NCBI GenBank assembly: GCA_964645235.1 | Contig: CAZYAT010000009.1 | Span: forward strand, 9,374-73,373 | DNA: 64,000 nt | From: an uncultured Ferruginibacter sp. | Lineage (GTDB): Bacteria > Bacteroidota > Bacteroidia > Chitinophagales > Chitinophagaceae | Direction: 5' to 3' | Part shown: positions 8,463 through 16,763 of the stretch, piece after piece | How the letters are laid out: the number at the start of each line of letters is the position of its first letter | Numbering within the stretch: the first letter of the stretch is position 1 | Position numbers and translations under genes: made by a program | The notes under the pieces: model-generated | Database searches by the model: none | Told to the model about the DNA's origin: nothing | Seen by the model: only the letters and a program-made list of their open reading frames with translations

Positions 8463-9296
8463 ATGATGAACGATTATGAACGTATAGAAAAAGCCATCGT
8501 CTACTTAAAAGACAATTTCAGGGAACAACCCGACCTGGATGCGGTGGCCAAACAGGTACATCTCAGCCCCTTCCACTTCCAGCGCCTGTTCAAGGAATGG
8601 GCTGGTGTTAGTCCGAAGAAATTCCTCCAGTTCATCAGCGTGGAATATGCCAAGGGATTGCTTAAGCAGGACCTTTCCTTATCCGATGCCAGTTTCAAAA
8701 CGGGGCTATCGGGCACCAGCCGGTTGCACGACCTGTTCATCAGCATCGAAGGCATGACGCCGGGAGAATTCAAAAATGGTGGCAGCACATTACAGATCAA
8801 TTACAGTTTTGCCGAAACACCATTCGGAGATATCATACTTGCATCCACCCTTAAAGGCATCTGCCAGCTTGCATTTGTAAAGAACGAAAAAGAGGGGCTT
8901 CACAACCTTCAATTCAATTTCGCCAACGCTGTATTGAAACAGAAGACCGACCTGTTGCAACAGGATGCCCTGCGTTTCTTTACCGGCGACTGGACCGACC
9001 TGCGAAAAGTGAAGCTGCACCTGAAAGGGACTCCCTTTCAACTCAAAGTGTGGGAATCGCTTTTACGAATACCCTTTGGAAATGTATCCACCTATGGAGC
9101 CATTGCCGAAGGCATCCAGCAGTCCGGCGCATCAAGAGCTGTTGGTACGGCCATCGGCAATAATCCTGTTGCTTTCCTCATCCCCTGCCACCGGGTGATC
9201 CGCTCATCGGGCATAATAGGCGATTATCATTGGGGAGGCGACAGAAAGACCGCGATACTTGGATGGGAGGCCGCCAGGCTCAGCCCGGGTAATTAA
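8463..9296 (+). CDS. AraC-HTH / methylated-DNA--protein-cysteine methyltransferase (Ada-Ogt type)
   Basis: HLSPFHFQRLFKEWAGVSPK HTH; GTPFQLKVW; active site IPCHRV. Confidence 0.93.
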   Translation: MMNDYERIEKAIVYLKDNFREQPDLDAVAKQVHLSPFHFQRLFKEWAGVSPKKFLQFISVEYAKGLLKQDLSLSDASFKTGLSGTSRLHDLFISIEGMTPGEFKNGGSTLQINYSFAETPFGDIILASTLKGICQLAFVKNEKEGLHNLQFNFANAVLKQKTDLLQQDALRFFTGDWTDLRKVKLHLKGTPFQLKVWESLLRIPFGNVSTYGAIAEGIQQSGASRAVGTAIGNNPVAFLIPCHRVIRSSGIIGDYHWGGDRKTAILGWEAARLSPGN

Positions 9297-9361
9297 TTCA
9301 GCAAGTTCCGGGTTGTTGACTCTCCACAGCCAACGGAGCTTTGTTTTCTAAATCAACACAC

Positions 9362-9850
9362 ATGAAAAAATTCAGGATCATTCCTCTCAGCGAAGAGTAT
9401 GCAGCTAAGATACGCTCAACGCGTATCGACGATTTCGGCCATGAAGCGACCGAGCAGGTGGCCAAAGGCAAAGGCCCATGCCGCGTTTCATTAAAACCAT
9501 TCAGAATTGGTGAAGACAGGCGGATACTCCTCTCCCATAGTCCATTCGAGATCGACAATGCATTCAACCAACCCGGGCCGGTATTCATCCATGCGGAGGA
9601 AGTGGAAGCGTATAAAGACATACATCGATTCCCGCCGGAGATCAAGGCAGATAAAGAGAATTTTCCTTTGTCGCTTATCGGTTACAGCAAAAACCAGAAG
9701 ATGGTGTTTACGAAGTTAGTAGGCGATGCCGATGTGGATGAGCTCATAGCCGAGATATTCGGGTCCCACCCTTATATCGATTACCTGCATGCCCGTAATG
9801 CGGAGGCCTGTTGTTATATCTGCCGGATAGAAAGGGAATCTGAAAGCTAA
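9362..9850 (+). CDS. DUF1203 domain protein
   Basis: GPCRVSL, LLSHSPF, PGPVFIH, YLHARNAEACCYICRIER; start moved to MKKFRII. Confidence 0.8.
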   Translation: MKKFRIIPLSEEYAAKIRSTRIDDFGHEATEQVAKGKGPCRVSLKPFRIGEDRRILLSHSPFEIDNAFNQPGPVFIHAEEVEAYKDIHRFPPEIKADKENFPLSLIGYSKNQKMVFTKLVGDADVDELIAEIFGSHPYIDYLHARNAEACCYICRIERESES

Positions 9851-9937
9851 GCGTTCCAACGAAATACTTAGTATAACATTCCTTTCACGTATGGAAGATT
9901 ATTTTAGGAGGACATTTCACCCTATAAACTTTCTACA

Positions 9938-10381
9938 ATGAAACTTCTCCTTTTTTCCATGTTGCCTGCTGTTTTTTTATTACCGGTAAATCAACAGGCT
10001 GAAAACAGCGTTAACCCGGCACACTCTTTTAACGTCCCTGTTGTGGAGAAAGAAATCACAACACTTAATTTCCAGGACAAAGATGAACCGGGGAAAATGA
10101 GGTCAATCGTTTTTAAGAGCCAGGAGTACTGCCGGGCCGAGATCCCTTATGAATTTGAATTCGCTGTTCAATTCAAGGTCGTGAGCGCCAAGGTATATTT
10201 TACTGGAGCCAATTTTACTGGTATTGAAAAGGGCACTATCAACAGTAACAGCCTTAAACCGATCAAGCACCTCATGGATCGATGTATTCCGGGGACAAGA
10301 GTTGTATTTGATGATGTAAAAGTGATCGGGCCGGATAAAAAAATCAGGACAATACCAGGGATCAACCTGCTGTTGTACTGA
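9938..10381 (+). CDS. Secreted protein resembling a stand-alone GldM/PorM C-terminal domain
   Basis: Signal peptide; FKVVSAKVYFTGANF ... RCIPGTRVVFDDVKVIGPDKKIRTIP resembles the GldM C-terminus by recall. Confidence 0.55.
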   Translation: MKLLLFSMLPAVFLLPVNQQAENSVNPAHSFNVPVVEKEITTLNFQDKDEPGKMRSIVFKSQEYCRAEIPYEFEFAVQFKVVSAKVYFTGANFTGIEKGTINSNSLKPIKHLMDRCIPGTRVVFDDVKVIGPDKKIRTIPGINLLLY

Positions 10382-11671
10382 TCATTCAAGCTCTTTTTCC
10401 AGGTCGCTGACCATCCCGGGGCTGAGGTCGTACCTGTTCCGGTATGCAGCCTTAAAATATTCTTTTGCATTATAGCCTTTCCCAAGCCCCTGCATGAACC
10501 TGCCCATCCAGTAAAGTTCCAGCGCTTCCAACGGCCTGCCTGAGACGTATTGTTCATAGATATCCTGCGCCTCGGAGCTGCGATGATCATTGTATAAAGT
10601 CCACACATACCAGGCATAGGTCTGTGGCGTGGAGCGGTTCAGCAACTCCCTTTGAGCGACCGACCTTGCTTTCCCGGGTTCATTCAAGATGTCTGTATAC
10701 ATTTCAATAAGATACCTGCTGTACATATTGCCATATACGGGCTGGGTAACTACAGACAAAAAAGCGGTTGCATATTTTTTCTGGAGGAGATCATCGCCTT
10801 TTTTCTGGGCTACCTGAACCAACCTGTAAAGTGCTTCCGGTGAATGGCTCTGGGTTTGTACAAACCGGAATATCCTTTCTGCGAGAGAATCGTTGTGGTC
10901 GTGAACCAATGCGATCCAACCCATGCCCATGAGTGAATGAAGGTCGGCCTTATTGAGGTCAACAGATCCGGCATACAGATCAAAAGCCCGCTGCAGGTTA
11001 CCGCTGTGCAGGTTCAGGTCGGCCTCATTGGATAAAGCTGCCTGTTTCAGGTATACCTCATTGCCTGCAGCATCAGCAGCTCTTTTCATGGCAGCAATAG
11101 CACTATCGAGTTGGCCCTTATAATGAGCAAGTTTTGCATAACGGAAGTTGTATCCATAGTCATTCCTGTTTGCGATCTTTTTCAATTCATTTTCTGCAAG
11201 CAGGTAATTGCCTTTTTCAAATGCAACATCAAAGGATGCGCCTGCGGATTCATAAGGTTTCAGACCTGCTTGTTTTGCTTCAGCAAGCAATGAATCGGCT
11301 TGTCCGAAGCGGTGCTGGAGGATGCTGTTACGAACAAGGGCTAATAAAGGGGCCGGTTCTTTATGCCGGTAAGTTTCATTTACCAGGTGCAGCATGCTGT
11401 CTGCAGCGAGCAGGTCGTGTATATCTCCTCCAAGGTGAAAATGCTTTACGAGGCAGGAAGCATATTTTAATTCGCTTACCAACCCGGGATTTCGAGGGTC
11501 GACCCGGTTACGCCAGAACTGCATGTCTGTTTCATTCGCTTTTTTTACCGATCCGATATCAAAATGGGTAATGATGCTGTCAACAAATGGAGCCTGGACG
11601 ATCTGCTTTCGATTGTTATTACAGGAAGAAAGGATCAATATGACCAATATTCCTTTGATTAACTGTTCCAA
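10382..11671 (-). CDS. TPR lipoprotein of the type that accompanies DUF4331 genes
   Basis: TTG start; lipobox LSSC; GDIHDL...RNSILQHRF, RYAKLAHYKGQLDSAI, NRSTPQTYAWYVW. Confidence 0.75.
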   Translation of the reverse strand: MEQLIKGILVILILSSCNNNRKQIVQAPFVDSIITHFDIGSVKKANETDMQFWRNRVDPRNPGLVSELKYASCLVKHFHLGGDIHDLLAADSMLHLVNETYRHKEPAPLLALVRNSILQHRFGQADSLLAEAKQAGLKPYESAGASFDVAFEKGNYLLAENELKKIANRNDYGYNFRYAKLAHYKGQLDSAIAAMKRAADAAGNEVYLKQAALSNEADLNLHSGNLQRAFDLYAGSVDLNKADLHSLMGMGWIALVHDHNDSLAERIFRFVQTQSHSPEALYRLVQVAQKKGDDLLQKKYATAFLSVVTQPVYGNMYSRYLIEMYTDILNEPGKARSVAQRELLNRSTPQTYAWYVWTLYNDHRSSEAQDIYEQYVSGRPLEALELYWMGRFMQGLGKGYNAKEYFKAAYRNRYDLSPGMVSDLEKELE

Positions 11672-11689
11672 GGTTAAATTTTGGATATA

Positions 11690-11713
11690 TACGAAGAATG
11701 GGAACGGTTGGTT
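11690..11713 (-). promoter_or_regulatory. Putative ECF-sigma promoter of TPR lipoprotein
   Basis: Minus-strand AACCAA-N14-CGTA ending 18 nt before the TTG start. Confidence 0.65.
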
Positions 11714-11767
11714 CAGTTATGAGAGCGATTTTGAAGTCCGGTTTTCCTTTGTACCTGGGGAATCTTA

Positions 11768-12490
11768 TTATTCCCAGCCGCTTGCCAGCACGTCGGCAAT
11801 ATGCATGGTCTTAAGAGAGAGGTTCTTTCCTTTGATATATCCCTCCAGCTGCATCAGGCAGCTCATATCGGTGGAGATAAGGTATTCGGCTCCGGTTGCC
11901 AGCGCATTATTCACCTTTTGGTCGGCCATACCGGCCGAAATGGCATCGAATTTTACAGAAAAGGTCCCGCCAAATCCGCAGCAGGTTTCCACATCGTTCA
12001 TCTCCACCAGCTCAAGTCCTTTTACATGGTTCAACAGTTTTCGTGGGCCTTCTTTTATTTTACATTCCCGCAGGGCGGCGCAGCTATCGTGGTAGGTTGC
12101 TTTACCATTCAATACCGCCCCGTAATTCTCTATCTTCAATACTTCCGTAAGAAATTCGGTGAACTCATAGATACGTTTTCCCAGGTCTTTCACCTGGTTG
12201 TGCTGAGAAGAGTTATCGAATATCTTACCATAGTAGTTCCGTACAAAACCCACACAGCTTGCACTGGGGCCAACGATGTAATCCACCCCGTCGAAATCTT
12301 TAAGGAACTTACTGCATACAGCCCTGGCCTCATCGCGGAAGCCGGCGTTGTAAGCAGGTTGCCCGCAGCAGGTCTGGTTGGTATTGTACAGCACTTCGCA
12401 GGTCGCTTTCTCCAGCACTTTTACCATATTGAAAGCGGTTTGGGGATAAAGCTGGTCAACGAAACAGGGTATGAATAACTGAACTTTCAT
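11768..12490 (-). CDS. LutA/YkgE-family CCG-domain Fe-S protein
   Basis: Two CCG domains: CCGQP..SASC and YHDSC..CCGFGGTF..DMSCL. Confidence 0.88.
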   Translation of the reverse strand: MKVQLFIPCFVDQLYPQTAFNMVKVLEKATCEVLYNTNQTCCGQPAYNAGFRDEARAVCSKFLKDFDGVDYIVGPSASCVGFVRNYYGKIFDNSSQHNQVKDLGKRIYEFTEFLTEVLKIENYGAVLNGKATYHDSCAALRECKIKEGPRKLLNHVKGLELVEMNDVETCCGFGGTFSVKFDAISAGMADQKVNNALATGAEYLISTDMSCLMQLEGYIKGKNLSLKTMHIADVLASGWE

Positions 12491-12940
12491 TTATTTCAAT
12501 GTCTTTAAATATTCTTTTACCGAAAGTGCTTTATCTGATACCGGGTCGTACACTTTTATTTCCTTCGTTTTCGTGTTCAAGTAAAAATGATAATAGGTTT
12601 CGAAACGTTGTGGTCCGTTGTATCCTGCCAATATGGATATCACTTCCGCATTACCCCCTGTACTGTCCTTGATAAAACTGATCCCCTGTCGATGTTCTGT
12701 AAGCGAATCAATGTAAAGGTTGCTTTTGAGAACGAAATCCAGTTTTAACAGGTTGTTGACGATCTCCAGTTCATCCTTGGTATTCCCCAATTTCTGCAGG
12801 TAAGCCGTTGCTTCCTTTGGCGGTACCGGCGGAATTGAATCCTGCAAAACAGCGGTTTCCCCCTGGCCAGGCGCTTTGCTTTCGCTGTTGCAGGCAGTAA
12901 GAAAGATGATCATTGCGAAAAGCAACAGGTACCTCATCAT
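12491..12940 (-). CDS. Hypothetical lipoprotein
   Basis: Lipobox FLTAC; 149 aa; packed between ribH and lutA-like gene. Confidence 0.7.
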   Translation of the reverse strand: MMRYLLLFAMIIFLTACNSESKAPGQGETAVLQDSIPPVPPKEATAYLQKLGNTKDELEIVNNLLKLDFVLKSNLYIDSLTEHRQGISFIKDSTGGNAEVISILAGYNGPQRFETYYHFYLNTKTKEIKVYDPVSDKALSVKEYLKTLK

Positions 12941-12942
12941 TT

Positions 12943-13434
12943 TTATTTAAAGGTATTAACTAATTGGATCATCTTGAGTGCTGTGATGGCTGCTTCTTCG
13001 CCCTTATGGCCGTGTTTGCCGCCGAGGCGTTCATCGGCCTGTTGCTGGTTATCTACCGTAAGTACCCCAAAGATGCTCGGTATGGGCAGGGATTGGTTGA
13101 GTTGAACGATGCCGTCGGTCACTGCTTTGCATACGTAGTCGAAATGTGGTGTATCGCCCCGAAGTACGCAACCGAGGGCAACAAAGGCAGCAGGTTTGTC
13201 TTCTTTATATTTTACCGCTTCCCAGTACTTCTTTATGGCAAAGGGTATCTCGAATGCGCCGGGCACCGTTATTATTTCATACGATACCTTATACTTGTCC
13301 AGGACCCGTGTGCAGCCTTGCTGGAGTTTATCAATGGTTGCAGCATTCCATTCCGTACATACAATTACAACACAGGCATCCGCCGGTAGCTGGATGCCTG
13401 TTGTATTGATAAGGTTCTGGTTGGAAACCGACAT
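12943..13434 (-). CDS. ribH: 6,7-dimethyl-8-ribityllumazine synthase
   Basis: EWNA, VPGAFEIP, LGCVLRGDTPHFDYVC, FGVLT, KGEEAA. Confidence 0.97.
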   Translation of the reverse strand: MSVSNQNLINTTGIQLPADACVVIVCTEWNAATIDKLQQGCTRVLDKYKVSYEIITVPGAFEIPFAIKKYWEAVKYKEDKPAAFVALGCVLRGDTPHFDYVCKAVTDGIVQLNQSLPIPSIFGVLTVDNQQQADERLGGKHGHKGEEAAITALKMIQLVNTFK

Positions 13435-13439
13435 TGTTG

Positions 13440-14162
13440 TTATTTGGTTACACCAAGTTTGGCCAGGTATTTTTCTGCTTCGCCAGAACGTACCCGCTGG
13501 CTGGCCGGGTAGGTATCACTCAGTTTCTGGAACAATTCAATGGCATCCTTGCTCTTGCCAATGGCATCCGCATACCTTCCTGCCAGGAAGAGCGCTTCGG
13601 AAGCAAGGCCTTCGTCACCATCGACAACAGAAGCAGCTTTCTTGTAATAAGAGAGTGCATCTTCTGTTTTCTTCTGTTCCGCATAGGCATGCCCGAGCAT
13701 GACGTATGCTTTGCTTTGTATCTGGCTTGCCCCATTGCCGTCGAATTCCTTCAGGTATTTGATTGCCTTTTCGAACTGTTTGAGTTGAAGATAACAGGCG
13801 CCAGCCATGTACTGGGCCCGGTTGCCTGCCGGTGTGCTTCCGTAGCTGCTGATGATCTTCAACAGACCGGTAACGCCGGTGGCTTTGTCTCCATTTAAAA
13901 CCATGTTCACGGTATCTTTTCCGAAAGAAGAGGAATTGGCCATTGCCACAAAAAGTTTTTCGGCCGGGAATATCTTTTCACTGGCCTCTTTTTCCTTCGG
14001 CAAACGGAAGAAATACTTATAGATCATCCATCCACCAACCACCAGTATGAATGCGGAACCAACGATGATAATGGGTTTACTGAATTTTGCCCAAAAGCCT
14101 TTTGCTTTTTCGATCACATCTGCCGCTTCCATCGGCGCTGCAGTTGCTTGCTTCTCTGCCAT
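13440..14162 (-). CDS. Membrane-anchored TPR protein (YfgM-like)
   Basis: Single N-terminal TM helix followed by TPR helices; upstream of ribH. Confidence 0.8.
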   Translation of the reverse strand: MAEKQATAAPMEAADVIEKAKGFWAKFSKPIIIVGSAFILVVGGWMIYKYFFRLPKEKEASEKIFPAEKLFVAMANSSSFGKDTVNMVLNGDKATGVTGLLKIISSYGSTPAGNRAQYMAGACYLQLKQFEKAIKYLKEFDGNGASQIQSKAYVMLGHAYAEQKKTEDALSYYKKAASVVDGDEGLASEALFLAGRYADAIGKSKDAIELFQKLSDTYPASQRVRSGEAEKYLAKLGVTK

Positions 14163-14174
14163 TACGAATATTTA

Positions 14175-14202
14175 TGAATTAAGAATTAAAAATTTAAAAT
14201 TT
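14175..14202. repeat. Heptamer array
   Basis: TGAATTA-AGAATTA-AAAATTT-AAAATTT fills most of the pdhA/TPR spacer. Confidence 0.65.
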
Positions 14203-14204
14203 GA

Positions 14205-15197
14205 TCAGTCCACAATGAACGGGTAATCCTGCTGCACGTACACATCTTTCAGCAATTCGTCGTCGTCCGGCCAGGGGCTTTCTTCGGCGAATTTTACCGA
14301 CTCTTCCACTTCGCTGCGTACCCTTTCCACGATGGCCTCTATTTCCGCTTCCGTAACCTTGTACTGCGATGTCAATATCTTATGTACATGTTCAAGCGGG
14401 TCTTTCTCTTTGTATTCTTCCAGTTCTTCCTTGGTACGGTATTTTTGCGGATCGCTCATGCTGTGTCCTTTATACCGGTATGTTTTTATTTCAAGCAAGG
14501 TTGGTCCGCCTTTCTCCCTTGCCCGGTTAACGGCCCTCAGCACACCATTGTGTACGCTTTCTGGGCTCATGCCATCAATGCTGTCGCTCGGCATGTCGTA
14601 GGCATCGGCCAGTTTGTAAATGTCGAGTACGTTACTGGTACGTGCTACGGATGTACCCATGGCATACTGGTTGTTCTCGCAAATGAAGATCACCGGTAAC
14701 TGCCAGAGCATGGCCATATTGAAGGTTTCGTGCAACATCCCCTGGCGGGCTGCTCCATCACCAAAGAAGCATAGCACCACATTATTTGAATTGCGGTATT
14801 TTTCTGCGAATGCAAGCCCTGCTCCCGTTCCGATCTGGGCTCCAACGATCCCATGGCCGCCGAAGAAATTCTCTTTCACCCCAAAGAAGTGCATGCTTCC
14901 ACCCTTACCCTTGCTGCAACCGGTGGCTTTGCCATAAAGTTCGGCCATGCAGGCTTTGGCAGATATTCCCTTTGCAATAGCAAGGCCGTGATCACGGTAA
15001 GCTGTGATGAATTTATCGTCGGGGTTGGTAGCGGTCATACAACCGGCGGCAACGGCTTCCTGGCCGATGTACAGGTGGCAAAAACCACGGATCTTTTGCA
15101 TACCATATAACTGGCCGGTCTTTTCCTCGAAGCGGCGCAAAAGCAGCATCAGCTCGTACCAGTATAAATAAGTTTCTTTGGAAAACTTTGTAGCCAA
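14205..15197 (-). CDS. pdhA: Pyruvate dehydrogenase E1 alpha
   Basis: GFCHLYIGQEA, KGKGGSMH, TPP motif GDGAARQG...N, YRYKGHSMSDP; TTG start. Confidence 0.97.
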   Translation of the reverse strand: MATKFSKETYLYWYELMLLLRRFEEKTGQLYGMQKIRGFCHLYIGQEAVAAGCMTATNPDDKFITAYRDHGLAIAKGISAKACMAELYGKATGCSKGKGGSMHFFGVKENFFGGHGIVGAQIGTGAGLAFAEKYRNSNNVVLCFFGDGAARQGMLHETFNMAMLWQLPVIFICENNQYAMGTSVARTSNVLDIYKLADAYDMPSDSIDGMSPESVHNGVLRAVNRAREKGGPTLLEIKTYRYKGHSMSDPQKYRTKEELEEYKEKDPLEHVHKILTSQYKVTEAEIEAIVERVRSEVEESVKFAEESPWPDDDELLKDVYVQQDYPFIVD

Positions 15198-15216
15198 TGG
15201 GTATAATTTTAGGCGG

Positions 15217-15224
15217 CAAAGATA
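15217..15224 (-). promoter_or_regulatory. sigma-A -7 box of pdhA
   Basis: Minus-strand TATCTTTG. Confidence 0.7.
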
Positions 15225-15329
15225 AGGGAGAAATAGGAAATTAAAGCCAGGAATTACCGGCTCAAAAAGCAGGGTATCAAACTGTTCTATACCCCCCGGA
15301 AGGCTGCGATATTACTTATCTTGCACCTC

Positions 15330-16412
15330 ATGTTATTTCTTCGCAAGATAACCCTCACCCAGTTCAAGAATTACAGCCTTTCTTCTTTCCAATTCAATGA
15401 AAGGGTGACCGGTATCTGCGGACTCAATGGCCGGGGCAAGACCAACCTACTCGACGCCGTTTATTATTGCTGCTTTGCCAGGAGTTATTTTGCCAGGAAC
15501 GATAACCAGCACATCCAATTCAACTACGACGGTTTCCGCCTCGAAGCCATTTTTAACATGAACGGGGTAGACCAAAAGCTGGTTTGTATCCACCGTGCAG
15601 GGGGAAAAAAGGAACTGCTGCTGAATGACACACCCTATGATAAATTCTCGCAGCACATAGGCCGGTTCCCGGCAGTGATGGTGGCACCCGACGATATCGA
15701 ACTTATCACAGGAGGTGGAGAAGAAAGACGGCGATTCCTGGATACGGTATTAAGCGAGATGGACCCGGAATACCTGCAACAACTCATCATTTACAATAAG
15801 GTATTGCAGCAACGCAACAGCCTCCTGAAACGTTTTGCCGTAGAGGGTAAAACAGATTGGGCCCTGCTGGAAGTGCTGGATGAACAACTGATACAGCCAG
15901 GAACTCAACTTCATTCAAAAAGAAAAACATTCACAGAGGCGTTGACGCCGCTGGTACAAAAATTCTATGAACAGATCGCCGACAATGAGGAGAAAATAAC
16001 TTTGCAGTACAACAGCCAGCTGAACGATACTGCATTTTACGACCTCCTGAATCATTACCGGCAAAAGGATTTTATGCTGCAGCGCTGCAATGCGGGCATT
16101 CATAGAGACGATCTCAGCATCCAACTGAACGGACAGCTGTTTAAGACAACGGCTTCACAGGGGCAACGAAAAAGCTTATTGTTCGCACTCAAACTGGCCG
16201 AATTCGAGCTGCTCAAACAGGATAAAGGTTTCGCCCCCATTCTGTTGCTGGATGATGTATTTGAGAAATTGGACGATAATCGTATGGGCCATCTGCTTCA
16301 TTGGGTATGCAAAGAAAATACGGGGCAGGTGTTCATAACAGACACACACAGGGACAGGCTGGAGGAGTCTTTCACAAAATTGGGGTCAAAATACCAGGTA
16401 ATTGAGTTATAA
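15330..16412 (+). CDS. recF: DNA replication/repair protein RecF
   Basis: Walker A GLNGRGKTNLLDA; SQGQRKS; LLLDDVF. ATG at 15330 preferred over TTG at 15321. Confidence 0.95.
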   Translation: MLFLRKITLTQFKNYSLSSFQFNERVTGICGLNGRGKTNLLDAVYYCCFARSYFARNDNQHIQFNYDGFRLEAIFNMNGVDQKLVCIHRAGGKKELLLNDTPYDKFSQHIGRFPAVMVAPDDIELITGGGEERRRFLDTVLSEMDPEYLQQLIIYNKVLQQRNSLLKRFAVEGKTDWALLEVLDEQLIQPGTQLHSKRKTFTEALTPLVQKFYEQIADNEEKITLQYNSQLNDTAFYDLLNHYRQKDFMLQRCNAGIHRDDLSIQLNGQLFKTTASQGQRKSLLFALKLAEFELLKQDKGFAPILLLDDVFEKLDDNRMGHLLHWVCKENTGQVFITDTHRDRLEESFTKLGSKYQVIEL

Positions 16413-16466
16413 TTCATGACGCTCATTTACTGTGAACTATTTGCCATGAACTATTAACTTTGGGTT

Positions 16467-16748
16467 ATGGGGGAAATATCATTACAGGAAGCCATCCGGC
16501 AGTTCTTGCAAAAGAGCCGGCTCAGGAACGGGATACAGGCTGTGCGCATTGAAGAGATCTGGGAAGAGCTGATGGGAAAGACCATTTCCAAGTATACCGA
16601 CAAGATCCAGATCATCAATTCCACTTTGTTCATCACCACCTCCGTCGCCCCATTAAAGAATGAGCTGCTTTATCAAAAAGAGAAGATCATTGAACGGGTA
16701 AACGAAGCACTTGGCGAAAAACTGGTGAAGGACGTCATCATAAAATGA
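16467..16748 (+). CDS. DUF721 / DciA-family protein
   Basis: 93 aa; WEELMGKTISKYT, LFITTSVAPLKNEL; directly after recF. Confidence 0.85.
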   Translation: MGEISLQEAIRQFLQKSRLRNGIQAVRIEEIWEELMGKTISKYTDKIQIINSTLFITTSVAPLKNELLYQKEKIIERVNEALGEKLVKDVIIK

Positions 16749-16763
16749 TGCAGGATCCAAAAA

